From positions 60,388-124,387 of the forward strand of contig CALVBD010000005.1 in NCBI GenBank assembly GCA_944325635.1: DNA of 64,000 nucleotides, in the 5' to 3' direction. The position numbers and the translations under genes are program-made. The number at the start of each line of letters is the position of its first letter. The first letter of the stretch is position 1. This document shows, piece after piece, positions 1 through 9,259 of the stretch. The notes below the pieces were generated by a model. That model was not told where the DNA came from. It ran no database searches and saw nothing but the letters and a program-made list of their open reading frames with translations. The stretch is from Candidatus Gastranaerophilales bacterium (GTDB taxonomy: Bacteria > Cyanobacteriota > Vampirovibrionia > Gastranaerophilales > Gastranaerophilaceae).

Positions 1-120
1 ATTCAAATCTTGCAAACCTTAAAAACTTACTCTTTAATATGATTGAACAGATTCCTGCAGAAAGAAAAGAGTGCGAATGCGCTTTGACTAAAAAGAAATC
101 ACAATTATAGGTTATAAAAA

Positions 121-402
121 ATGATTCAAGGCTTAATCAACGGTATAAATAATATATTCCTGCTTTTTTATGTGGTTATTCTTTTGAGAATATTCTTAAG
201 CTGGATACCGAATGTTGACTGGTACAAGCAGCCGTGGTTCACAATAAGAAATGTCGCTGATGCGTATTTAGGCATATTCAGGAAATTCATACCGCCCTAT
301 GGCGGGCTGGATTTCTCGCCTATTGTGGCTCTTATTGTGCTTCAGATAATACAACAGCTTATAATTTATGCAGTTGTAATATTAGGTAGAGGTTTGGTAT
401 GA
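121..402 (+). CDS. yggT: YggT family membrane protein
   Basis: 93-aa ORF with two hydrophobic helices and YggT/Ycf19-like motifs (LLRIFLSWIP, FSPIVALIVLQ); stop overlaps the trkA start (ATGA). Confidence 0.8.
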   Translation: MIQGLINGINNIFLLFYVVILLRIFLSWIPNVDWYKQPWFTIRNVADAYLGIFRKFIPPYGGLDFSPIVALIVLQIIQQLIIYAVVILGRGLV

Positions 403-1748
403 AAATTATAATTTTTGGAGCAACTGAAGTCGGTTGTCTCCTTGCTACTGAGTTTTTTGAAGATCACGATATCACGATTATTGATAAAGAAGAAAACAGA
501 ACTGACGAATTTTCTAAACTTGATATAAGTTTTATCACAGGGAACGTTTGTGATATCGGGACATTAAAGTGTGCGGAAGTCGAAAATGCGGATGTATTTA
601 TTGCATGTACTGCAATTGATGAAGCAAATATTGTAGCCTGCCTTTCTGCAAAACGTATCTGCGGCATTAGGACAATTTGTTTTGTAAGTAAAGAGGAATA
701 CAAAAATACTCTCTACTTTGAAAAAAATAATATAAATACAGGCGACTTTTTTATTGATTACATAATCTGGCCGGAAGAACTTTTGACTCAGGATATATTT
801 AGAATTGTGACAGTTGCAAAGGCTCTGGATGTTGAAAATTTTGCAGACGGCAACGCAAGGTTACTGGAATATAAAGTGACTCCTAATTTAAAAATCGTCG
901 GACAAAAGATTAAAGACTGCGGATTTACTAACGACACGATTATAGTCGGGATTACAAGAAACAGCGAACTTTTTATACCGAACGGGGACACGGAAATCTT
1001 AGCAGATGACAAACTCATTTTTATGGGAACGGCGCATTCTCTTGATATTCTTGCGGGAACGTTTTTCCACGAAAAAGAAATTGTCAAAAACGTTGCGATA
1101 ATCGGCGGCGGTACGGTTGGTTTTATGCTTGCCAAAAACCTTGAGACTCTGAAAATTAAAACAAAAATAATAGAAAGAAACTATCCGCGCTGTGAATATC
1201 TTGCGCAGGAATTAAAGAACACTCTCATAATCCATGGCGACGGAACTGATTTAAAACTTCTTGATGAAGAAGAAATCGGGTCAGCCGACGTTGTGATAAG
1301 TGTCACCAATAACGATGAAAAAAATCTTCTCTGTTCGCTTCTGGCAAAACAGTTAGGAGTAAAGCGCGTTATAGCAAGAGTTGCAAAAGTTTTGAACATC
1401 CCGCTCTTTGAAAAAGTAGGTATTGACGTTGCGATTTCGCCTAAGAATTCAGCGCTCGCGGAAGTTAAAAATGATTTAGCCGAGAATAACGTGGATATTC
1501 TGGCAACCGTTGAACAGGGACTTGGTGAAGTGTTGGAAATCAGGGTTAAACCTGAATTTGACGGGAAAAAGGTTATGGAATTAAAATTCCCGACACCTGC
1601 AATTATCGGGGTAATTCAGCGCCATAACAAAGTCATTATTCCGTACGGTTTGACAGAACTAAAATACGACGATATTTTGATTATCTTTACCAGAGCGGAA
1701 GATGGTGATGCTGTAAAGGAATTTTTTAAGGCAGGGAGCAGCAAATAA
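399..1748 (+). CDS. trkA: Trk potassium uptake NAD-binding subunit TrkA
   Basis: 449 aa with two Rossmann-type RCK N-domains (IIIFGATEVG, VAIIGGGTVG), each followed by an RCK_C-like segment; immediately upstream of trkH. Confidence 0.9.
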   Translation: MKIIIFGATEVGCLLATEFFEDHDITIIDKEENRTDEFSKLDISFITGNVCDIGTLKCAEVENADVFIACTAIDEANIVACLSAKRICGIRTICFVSKEEYKNTLYFEKNNINTGDFFIDYIIWPEELLTQDIFRIVTVAKALDVENFADGNARLLEYKVTPNLKIVGQKIKDCGFTNDTIIVGITRNSELFIPNGDTEILADDKLIFMGTAHSLDILAGTFFHEKEIVKNVAIIGGGTVGFMLAKNLETLKIKTKIIERNYPRCEYLAQELKNTLIIHGDGTDLKLLDEEEIGSADVVISVTNNDEKNLLCSLLAKQLGVKRVIARVAKVLNIPLFEKVGIDVAISPKNSALAEVKNDLAENNVDILATVEQGLGEVLEIRVKPEFDGKKVMELKFPTPAIIGVIQRHNKVIIPYGLTELKYDDILIIFTRAEDGDAVKEFFKAGSSK

Positions 1749-3217
1749 TGCGAATAAATTATATTGCAACAGCACTCGGTATAATATTGATGTACATAAG
1801 CCTTGTGATACTTGTACCGATAAGCGTAGCATTGATTGACGGAGATTTTAGTTCAATAATTCCATTTTTTACAGCAAGTATAATTTCAGCATCATCAGGT
1901 TTTGCGATAAAAAAACTTTTACAGGGTGAGGAAATACCGGAAAATCTCAACGATATAAAAAAAGCTGAGGCGTTGTTCATTGTAGCGGTTTCATGGATAT
2001 TGTTCGGAGTAATTTCAGCAATACCGTATTTATTTTATAACCTCGGGCCGCTTGATAGTTTATTTGAATCTGTATCTGGAATTACAACAACAGGTGCGAC
2101 AATCATAACGAATTACGATTACCCGAAAGCCTTCTTTTTCTGGCGGTCATTTACGCAGTGGCTTGGCGGTTTAGGAATAATCGTATTATTTATAGCGATA
2201 TTGCCACAGTTTGCGGTTGCCGGACGCCAGATGTTTTTTGCGGAAGCTCCGGGGCCGACGGAGGATAAATTTACCCCGAGAATAAGAAATACGGCTTCTG
2301 CTCTATGGAAAATATATACAGGATTAACCATCATACAGATTGTCCTTTTAATTTTTGGAGGAATGCCGTTATTTGATTCAATATGTAATTCTTTATCCAC
2401 TGTTGCCGCGGGAGGGTTTTCGCCAAATCCCGAGAGTATTATGGGATATCACTCAAACTATATCACCTGGATAACTATAATTTTTATGTTCCTAGCCGGA
2501 ACAAGTTTCAACTTACTTTATAAGGTAATAAATAAAAAAAATCCGTTATTATTATTTAAAAATGATGAATTCAAATTATATACTTTAATATTTCTTGTGT
2601 TGAGCGGATTAATTGCAATTGCGCTGGTCGTGAACAATAATTATTCAATATTTGAAGGAATAACGCATGCTCTTTATCAGGTAATAACACTTATGACCTC
2701 AACGGGAAGTGCAAGTGTTGATTTTGCTAAATGGGATATCACGGCAAAACTGTTGCTATTCATAGCGATGTTCACAGGAGCCTGCGCAAGTTCAGCCGGC
2801 GGCGGCATAAAAATTGCGAGATGGGCGCTTGTATTTAAGTCGTTGAAAGCGGAGCTTGTAAGAATTCTGCACCCGAACGCAATTGTAAATATAAAAATGG
2901 ATAATGTGACTGTTGCACCTGAGGTTATAAGACAGACTATCGTATTTATCCTGTATTATTTTATGATATTTGCTTTTGGTGCGTTACTGATAGGATTGTT
3001 GGAACATGATGCAGCAATAGGGCTTACCAGTTCTATTACAGCTGTTGGCAATATTGGACCGGGATTTGGAACCGTTACCGGACCGATGGGAAGTTTCAGT
3101 TCTTTAACCGCAGTATCAAAAACAATTATGATAGCATCAATGCTAATCGGCAGGCTTGAAATAATTCCATTCTTTGTAATGCTGGAAGCAGATTTTTGGA
3201 ATTTTAAAGACAATTAA
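1748..3217 (+). CDS. trkH: Trk-type potassium transporter membrane subunit TrkH
   Basis: 489-aa polytopic membrane protein with repeated pore-loop-like motifs (SGITTTGAT, AAGGFSP, TSTGSAS, SAGGGIK); start overlaps the trkA stop. Confidence 0.9.
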   Translation: MRINYIATALGIILMYISLVILVPISVALIDGDFSSIIPFFTASIISASSGFAIKKLLQGEEIPENLNDIKKAEALFIVAVSWILFGVISAIPYLFYNLGPLDSLFESVSGITTTGATIITNYDYPKAFFFWRSFTQWLGGLGIIVLFIAILPQFAVAGRQMFFAEAPGPTEDKFTPRIRNTASALWKIYTGLTIIQIVLLIFGGMPLFDSICNSLSTVAAGGFSPNPESIMGYHSNYITWITIIFMFLAGTSFNLLYKVINKKNPLLLFKNDEFKLYTLIFLVLSGLIAIALVVNNNYSIFEGITHALYQVITLMTSTGSASVDFAKWDITAKLLLFIAMFTGACASSAGGGIKIARWALVFKSLKAELVRILHPNAIVNIKMDNVTVAPEVIRQTIVFILYYFMIFAFGALLIGLLEHDAAIGLTSSITAVGNIGPGFGTVTGPMGSFSSLTAVSKTIMIASMLIGRLEIIPFFVMLEADFWNFKDN

Positions 3218-3284
3218 AAAACATACAATTTCCTTTATCGGAATGATTAAAATGAACAATTAATATGGTTTAATCGTTAGTATA

Positions 3285-4769
3285 TTGTTGAGGATAACAG
3301 GCTTGAAAACTAACGTTAAACTAAAAATATTTATCCTTTTAGGTGCAGTACTCTTAAATGTGTGCAGTTCTGACGCAGCCGAAAAATATGCAGCCATTCA
3401 AAAAGGTGCTAAACTCAATATTTCAGACTGCATCCAGATTGCACTGAAAAACAGTCCGCTAATAAATAAGGCTTATTACAACTATCACGTTTCAAAAAAC
3501 GATGAAAAATTAGCCAGAACAGCATTCTTCCCGACAATAGGAATAGGAACAGGCTATACATATAACGATATGACGTCTGACAGGAGGTTTAATTACAATA
3601 ACAATAATTCCTATACTGCGCAGGCAACTCTGAGCCAGCTTATTTTTAATTTCGGCAAAACCAACGCCCAGATAAAGATGCAGAAATTTAATAAAATAGC
3701 TGCGATGTACAATTTTGATGATGTTGTATTGGACACGATTCTCGGCGTAAAAACATATTACTACAGCGTGCTTGCGGCAAAGGCAACCGTTGATATCAAC
3801 AGAGCCAACGTCCAGATTAATGAGAGGAATTACCAGAGGACAAAAGCCTATTTTGATCAGGGAATACGTTCTAAAATCGACCTTGTAAATGCAGAAGTAA
3901 ACCTCAGCGATTCAAAAGTTACGCTTGTAAATTCTATCAAGGCATACCAGAATGCCATAGTTCAATTGAATAATTCTATGTATGTTGCCTACACCCCTGA
4001 ATACGAAATTTCCGCAACGGAAACCTTCAACTTTCAGCAAAAAGAAATCCCTGTAAATTTGCAAAAAATTTCTGAAAAAAGAGATTTAAGCAAAACCCCT
4101 GCCCCTGTATCCGACGCAACCTTAACATCTAAAGTTGAGAAAATGGATGTTATTGAAACTTTCAAATTCAAGCCGTTTCCTTATACATTTGAGGAATGTG
4201 TAGAAAAAGCAAAAGAAAACCGTCCGGATTTGAAAGCATATAAAGCAACACTTGAAGCAATGAAACAGTCGTTACTTTACATCAAGCGCCAGTATTATCC
4301 TGAAATTTCTGCAAGTGCAGGCTATAATTACAGAAACCAGTATAATACGAATTCCTTCAATGTAGGTGTAAACCTTTCAAGTTCGGTGAACATTTTAAGC
4401 GAGAAATATCAGATTGATAACGGGAAATTACAGGTAAAACTTGCACAGAACGAAATTGATTTGCTTGAACAGAATATATATTTTGAAGTTCAAAATGCCT
4501 ACATAAATATGGTACAATTAGAAAAACAAATTCCGCTTCTGGCAGTTAAGGTAAAGCAGACATTTGAAAATTTTGAACTCGCTGACGGTCGTTACGCTGT
4601 TGGAATTGGCGACTATATCCAGTTGCAGGATGCAAGGGTAAACTATAACAATGCCCAGCAATCGTATGTTCAAACTGTTTACAACTACAATGTTGCAAGG
4701 GCAAACCTTGAAAAATTAATAGCATTACAGCAGGAAATTACTGTTAACGTAGAGGACAAAAGAGGATGA
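3285..4769 (+). CDS. TolC family outer membrane efflux protein
   Basis: 494 aa, signal/lipobox-like N-terminus (LLNVCSS), two long coiled-coil repeat halves typical of outer membrane factors; first gene of an adaptor/ABC efflux operon; start codon (TTG) uncertain. Confidence 0.8.
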   Translation: MLRITGLKTNVKLKIFILLGAVLLNVCSSDAAEKYAAIQKGAKLNISDCIQIALKNSPLINKAYYNYHVSKNDEKLARTAFFPTIGIGTGYTYNDMTSDRRFNYNNNNSYTAQATLSQLIFNFGKTNAQIKMQKFNKIAAMYNFDDVVLDTILGVKTYYYSVLAAKATVDINRANVQINERNYQRTKAYFDQGIRSKIDLVNAEVNLSDSKVTLVNSIKAYQNAIVQLNNSMYVAYTPEYEISATETFNFQQKEIPVNLQKISEKRDLSKTPAPVSDATLTSKVEKMDVIETFKFKPFPYTFEECVEKAKENRPDLKAYKATLEAMKQSLLYIKRQYYPEISASAGYNYRNQYNTNSFNVGVNLSSSVNILSEKYQIDNGKLQVKLAQNEIDLLEQNIYFEVQNAYINMVQLEKQIPLLAVKVKQTFENFELADGRYAVGIGDYIQLQDARVNYNNAQQSYVQTVYNYNVARANLEKLIALQQEITVNVEDKRG

Positions 4770-5929
4770 AACTAAAGAAAAAATATGTAATAGTTTGCAC
4801 GGTAATCATAGCACTTGTCGGGTCGAGTTTTGCATATAATGCATTTAAAAAACGTGTCAGATACCACACAAGAGCGCTTAAAAAATGCACAATAACGCAG
4901 GTGGTAGAAGCATCCGGCACAATTAACCCTGTAAACACCGTATCAGTCGGTTCAACCGTATCAGGGCTAATTCAGGATATCTATGTTGACTTTAATTCAC
5001 AGGTTAAAAAAGGTCAGATTTTAGCAAGAATTGATCCGAGAACATTTGAAGCAACAGTTCAGCAAAATCAGGCGCAGATTGCAAACGCGCAGGCAAATGT
5101 TGCAAGACTGAAAGCTGTTGTTGATTACGATAAAGTTATGTATGAACGTTACAAAAACCTTTATGCAAAAAATTTCGTTGCAAAAAGCGAACTTGATCAG
5201 TATAAAAGCACATATTATTCTGATTTAGCGCAAATGCAAGCAGCACAGGCACAGGTCAGACAGTATCAGGCAAACTTAAAAACAGCGCAAACAAATTTGG
5301 GCTACACTGAAATCATAGCGCCTGTAGACGGAACAATCGTATCAAGAGAAATAGACGTAGGGCAGCCGGTTGCAGCAAGCTTTCAGGCTCCGCAATTATT
5401 CACAATCGCGCAGGATTTGACAAAGATGCAGATTGAAGTAAGCGTCTCGGAAGCCGATATCGGAAAAGTTCAGGACGGGCAGGACGTAACCTATACACTT
5501 GACGGCTATCCTGACAGCCTCTTCCACGGAAAAGTTACTCAGGTAAGAATTTCCCCGACAACAGTTTCCAATGTCGTAACTTACACGGTAATTGTAAACG
5601 TCAATAATGACGACCTTAAACTTATTCCTGGTATGACGGCGAACGTTTCAATTATCACGGATAAGAGCGAGAATGTAATGTGCGCGCCGAGTATTGCATT
5701 GAAGTTTAACCCTAATACCGACGGAACACGCTACAAAACTCAGGGCATCTGGATTCTTGAAAAACGTAAACCGAAACGTATAGATATTGAAACCGGTGCT
5801 AGTGATGATACAAATACGGAAATTATCTCAAAAGACCTGAAAGAAGGCGACAGAGTAATTGTGGATTCCTCGCTCACAAGCAGTAAAGATAAAACAAATC
5901 AGCGCCGCAGAGGTCCTAGAATGTTCTAG
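4766..5929 (+). CDS. Efflux transporter periplasmic adaptor subunit (HlyD/MacA family)
   Basis: 387 aa with N-terminal membrane anchor, lipoyl-like/coiled-coil/beta-barrel layout (GQILARIDP, long Q/A-rich coiled coil, YTEIIAPVDGTIVSR); overlaps the TolC-family stop. Confidence 0.85.
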   Translation: MKLKKKYVIVCTVIIALVGSSFAYNAFKKRVRYHTRALKKCTITQVVEASGTINPVNTVSVGSTVSGLIQDIYVDFNSQVKKGQILARIDPRTFEATVQQNQAQIANAQANVARLKAVVDYDKVMYERYKNLYAKNFVAKSELDQYKSTYYSDLAQMQAAQAQVRQYQANLKTAQTNLGYTEIIAPVDGTIVSREIDVGQPVAASFQAPQLFTIAQDLTKMQIEVSVSEADIGKVQDGQDVTYTLDGYPDSLFHGKVTQVRISPTTVSNVVTYTVIVNVNNDDLKLIPGMTANVSIITDKSENVMCAPSIALKFNPNTDGTRYKTQGIWILEKRKPKRIDIETGASDDTNTEIISKDLKEGDRVIVDSSLTSSKDKTNQRRRGPRMF

Positions 5930-5990
5930 CGTCAAGCACGGTCAGAAGCTTGCGGCACGTACAAAAGTCCGCTAAATACGGAGAAAAACA

Positions 5991-6719
5991 TTGAGTCTAA
6001 TAGAAGTAAAAAACGCAATAAAAACTTATCAGACAGGAGAAGACAGTTTCAATGCTCTCAACTGCGTGTCGCTTTCGATTGAGCGCGGAGAATTTGTTGC
6101 GATTATGGGGGCTTCAGGCTCAGGGAAATCCACTTTTATGAATATGCTCGGCACTCTCGATAAACCCAATTCCGGAAGTTACTTTCTTGACGGAATTGAT
6201 ATGCTTTCTCTGGATTCAAATCAGCTTGCGGATGTGAGAAACGTCAAGATGGGGTTTGTTTTTCAGGGGTTTAACCTTATATCAAGAACTAGCGCACTCG
6301 AAAACGTCCAGCTTCCGATGATTTATAAAGGAATTCCGGAAGAAGAGAGGATTAGGCGTGCTAAAAACGCACTAAAAATCGTAGGCTTGGAAAAAAGAGA
6401 AGACCACATGCCAAACCAGATGTCAGGCGGCCAGCAGCAGAGAGTTGCGATTGCGCGTGCAATTGTCAACGATCCGCCTTTAATCTTAGCGGACGAACCG
6501 ACCGGAAACCTTGATACAAAAACGAGTATTGAGGTTATGGAGTTTTTCGTGAACCTAAATAAACAAATGGGAAAAACAATTGTCCTCGTAACCCACGAAC
6601 CCGATATAGCTGAATATTGCGGAAGAATTGTAAGGTTTAAGGACGGAAATATAATTTCCGATGAGATTAACAAAAATCCTCACCCTGTGACGACAAAAAT
6701 GGAGGATTACGTACTGTGA
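5991..6719 (+). CDS. MacB/LolD-type ABC transporter ATP-binding protein
   Basis: Walker A GASGSGKST, signature MSGGQQQRVAIARA, Walker B ILADEPTGNLD; TTG start. Confidence 0.9.
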   Translation: MSLIEVKNAIKTYQTGEDSFNALNCVSLSIERGEFVAIMGASGSGKSTFMNMLGTLDKPNSGSYFLDGIDMLSLDSNQLADVRNVKMGFVFQGFNLISRTSALENVQLPMIYKGIPEEERIRRAKNALKIVGLEKREDHMPNQMSGGQQQRVAIARAIVNDPPLILADEPTGNLDTKTSIEVMEFFVNLNKQMGKTIVLVTHEPDIAEYCGRIVRFKDGNIISDEINKNPHPVTTKMEDYVL

Positions 6720-7945
6720 TAGATTTCAAATCAACGCTTATTATGGCAATAAGGTCATTAAAGATTAACAAAATGCGCTCAATCCTCACGAGCCTCGGTA
6801 TAATTATCGGTGTGAGCGCGGTTATCATAATGCTTGCTGTCGGAACAGGCGCAAGTAAAAAAATCGCCAAAGATATGGAATCTATGGGCAGTAACTTACT
6901 TATGATACGGTCTGCCTCTGCAACCTCCGGAGGTGTCAGAATGGGCTTCGGCACAAAACCTTCCCTTACACTGAAAGACGCTGAAGCAATCGAAAAAACA
7001 GCCCGCGGAGTCCTTGCGGTTGCCCCGTATTCCTCCGGCACAGCACAATTAACCTACGGGAACCAGAATTGGTCTACAACAATCGGCGGTACTACAGGAG
7101 ATTACCTTTTTATCAGGAATTATGAAATCCTATCAGGCAGAAATTTTATAAAAGAAGATATTAAAAACAATACGAAGGTTGCAATTATTGGAAATACAGT
7201 TGCAAACGAACTTTTCGGCGATGTTGATCCTCTTAATAAGACAATGCGTATCGGAAATGTTCCTTTTAAAATTATCGCCTTGCTTAAAACAAAAGGGCAG
7301 AGCGGAATGGGTATGGATCAGGATGATTTAGTATTTATCCCGATTACAACAGCGCAGAAAAAAGTTTTCGGAACAGATTTCCCCGGTTCGATAAAGATGA
7401 TTAATGTGAAAGCACAAAGCGACACCTCTATGAAAACCGCGGAAGAAGATATAGATGAAATTCTCACAAAACGCCACAATATAGGGAAAAATCAGGACAA
7501 AGATTTTGAAATCCGAAATCTTGCAGAAATGCAAGAAACCATAAAATCTTCCGCCAAAACAATGTCAATTCTCCTCGGCGCAATTGCTTCTGTATCATTG
7601 ATTGTAGGCGGTATCGGAATTATGAACATTATGCTGGTGTCTGTGACAGAACGTACAAAAGAAATCGGTATTCGTATGGCAATCGGCGCTAAGGCAAGCG
7701 ACATCAGAATACAATTTTTAATAGAATCATTTTTGTTATCCGTAATCGGAGGGATTATCGGGGTTTTGATTGGTGTTTTGGGAGCCAAAGCAATCCAGAT
7801 ATTTTCGGAGATGAATGTTTATATATCAGGGTTTTCTATCGCACTATCCCTCGGATTCTCAGGCGCAATCGGGGTTCTCTTCGGCTACTACCCTGCCTAC
7901 AAAGCTTCTCTTCTAAATCCGATTGATGCTTTAAGATACGAATAA
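6716..7945 (+). CDS. ABC transporter permease (FtsX/MacB type with periplasmic domain)
   Basis: 409 aa: N-terminal TM, about 230-aa periplasmic domain, then three C-terminal TMs (TERTKEIGIRMAIGA motif); overlaps the upstream ATPase gene. Confidence 0.9.
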   Translation: MIDFKSTLIMAIRSLKINKMRSILTSLGIIIGVSAVIIMLAVGTGASKKIAKDMESMGSNLLMIRSASATSGGVRMGFGTKPSLTLKDAEAIEKTARGVLAVAPYSSGTAQLTYGNQNWSTTIGGTTGDYLFIRNYEILSGRNFIKEDIKNNTKVAIIGNTVANELFGDVDPLNKTMRIGNVPFKIIALLKTKGQSGMGMDQDDLVFIPITTAQKKVFGTDFPGSIKMINVKAQSDTSMKTAEEDIDEILTKRHNIGKNQDKDFEIRNLAEMQETIKSSAKTMSILLGAIASVSLIVGGIGIMNIMLVSVTERTKEIGIRMAIGAKASDIRIQFLIESFLLSVIGGIIGVLIGVLGAKAIQIFSEMNVYISGFSIALSLGFSGAIGVLFGYYPAYKASLLNPIDALRYE

Positions 7946-8443
7946 TTATTTGCGGAGTTTTTTCAGGAAATCTTTTGCAATTTCTGTTAAAAACGGGTAT
8001 CTGTCCTGATGATAACCCATCTCAAGCATTTCTTTCACAGCGTTATCAAAGTTGTCAAGCCCGTTCAGAACTTTATAAATCAACGAATAAAATCCTGTCC
8101 TGTCTGCACCTGCTTTACAGTGAATAAGCACCTGTCCGTCTTGCTTTTTCACATCATCAATCACTTTCAAAAACTTTTTCACATCACTGATTTTCGGGTG
8201 TTTGGTTTCTGTCGGAATTGAATGGTATTTTATATAAAGAGCTTCTGAAAGTTTTTTCTCATTAAAATCAGTTGCCGGAACAACGAGCGTTCTGAAATTA
8301 ATAATATCTGTCAGACTTTTGTTTTTCTTAAGCCAGACAATTTCTTCCGCCTCAGGCTGCGCCGAGCGCATTACGTTGTTATCAATACGTTTAAAATTTT
8401 GGGGTTTATCGTAACCCGTAAACGAAACGGAATTTATTTTCAT
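7946..8443 (-). CDS. Protein-tyrosine/atypical dual-specificity phosphatase family protein
   Basis: 165 aa with CX5R active-site loop HCKAGADRTG and upstream RSAQP motif, as in atypical DSP (Y_phosphatase2-like) enzymes. Confidence 0.75.
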   Translation of the reverse strand: MKINSVSFTGYDKPQNFKRIDNNVMRSAQPEAEEIVWLKKNKSLTDIINFRTLVVPATDFNEKKLSEALYIKYHSIPTETKHPKISDVKKFLKVIDDVKKQDGQVLIHCKAGADRTGFYSLIYKVLNGLDNFDNAVKEMLEMGYHQDRYPFLTEIAKDFLKKLRK

Positions 8444-8484
8444 AGGAATTAAAAACCGCGAACAAAAATTTTTTTGCGTATAAA

Positions 8485-8676
8485 TTAAAAATATTGTAAA
8501 AATGTAATTAATTCATTTAAATCTTCCTGATAATTATTTAGGGAAAGAAGTACAGCAAGATTATCAGTAGAAAACTTTGCCTTAACGTTCATTATGAGAT
8601 AATCAATCAAACGAAGATGGATTGTATCTATACAATCAAAAAATTTTTCAAAGAATTGTTCCAAATAATATAGCAT
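8485..8676 (-). CDS. Hypothetical small protein
   Basis: 63-aa ORF preceded by a good SD (aggaga N6 ATG); upstream of the phosphatase gene on the same strand; no recognisable motif. Confidence 0.45.
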   Translation of the reverse strand: MLYYLEQFFEKFFDCIDTIHLRLIDYLIMNVKAKFSTDNLAVLLSLNNYQEDLNELITFLQYF

Positions 8677-8785
8677 ACTGACTCTCCTATTAACTTATTT
8701 TAAAATCATCATACTATTAATAATAATACTATAGCATTAATACTAATTTATATCAATATACAATAATAATTATTACAATTAATAT

Positions 8786-8995
8786 ATGATTAAAATTAAG
8801 TTGAGAGAGTTAATGTGGGACAAAGATATAACTGCTGTTGAAATTTTCAATGCAACAGGGATAAGTACATCCACTATTTCTGACATAATTCGCGGAAAAC
8901 GTCCCAATATACGACTCGACACTGTTGATAAATTGTGCGACTTTTTAGACTGTCGTATACAGGATTTACTTGAATTTGAACGGATAAACAAATAG
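8786..8995 (+). CDS. XRE/Cro-type helix-turn-helix transcriptional regulator
   Basis: 69 aa; HTH segment ITAVEIFNATGISTSTISDIIRGKR and C-terminal LDTVDKLCDFLDCRIQDLLEF, typical of short XRE regulators; divergent from the 63-aa ORF. Confidence 0.8.
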   Translation: MIKIKLRELMWDKDITAVEIFNATGISTSTISDIIRGKRPNIRLDTVDKLCDFLDCRIQDLLEFERINK

Positions 8996-9035
8996 TAAAG
9001 TAGGTTTTGTCGGTTGGGCATACCTGCCCAACAAT
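8995..9035. repeat. Hairpin repeat, degenerate copy (gtaaagtaggtt..gttgggca-tacc-tgcccaac)
   Basis: Shares the gtaaagtaggtt leader and gttgggc/gcccaac stem with the copies at 9101 and 9226. Confidence 0.7.
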
Positions 9036-9073
9036 AATTCCGTAATCACATTGTCGTTGCACACGAAGGTTCT

Positions 9074-9097
9074 GCGATTCCGCATAGCGTGAAAAAC
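9074..9097. repeat. 24-nt repeat motif gcgattccgcatagcgtgaaaaac
   Basis: Near-identical copy (gcaattccgcatagcttgaaaaac) at 63937-63960, also next to hairpin repeats. Confidence 0.6.
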
Positions 9098-9100
9098 TAA

Positions 9101-9225
9101 GTAAAGTAGGTTGGGCTTTCAGCCCAACAACAGATTATAAATTTTCAAGAGCCGCAATCTTCATCGCGTTAAAATCAGGCGTGCGCCCGAACCAGATTTC
9201 CTGTGCTGCAATTGCCTGATATACA
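9101..9225 (-). pseudogene. 125-bp tandem duplicate: hairpin plus displaced copy of the last 29 codons and stop of aroE
   Basis: 9101-9224 aligns with 9226-9349 with 6 substitutions; translates as VYQAIAAQEIWFGRTPDFNAMKIAALENL* versus ...TPNFNAM... in the intact gene. Confidence 0.85.
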
Positions 9226-9259
9226 GTAAAGTAGGTTGGGCTTTCAGCCCAACAACAGA

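Noticed and set aside
3-110. Open frame reaching the left window edge (...NMIEQIPAERKECECALTKKKSQL*)
   Set aside because: It may be the 3' end of an upstream gene. Only 36 codons with no motif are visible, which is not enough to report as a feature.
9110-9128. Integron attC-like site (GTTGGGC ... GCCCAAC resembles the GTTRRRY/RYYYAAC cores)
   Set aside because: The core order is reversed relative to attC, the stem is only 7 bp with a 5-nt loop, and no intI or cassette structure is present.
7946-9259. Integrated prophage or ICE at the aroE 3' end
   Set aside because: There are no integrase, excisionase, replication or structural genes. Only about 1.3 kb lies between the flanking housekeeping genes, so at most it is a recombination scar (see the finding).
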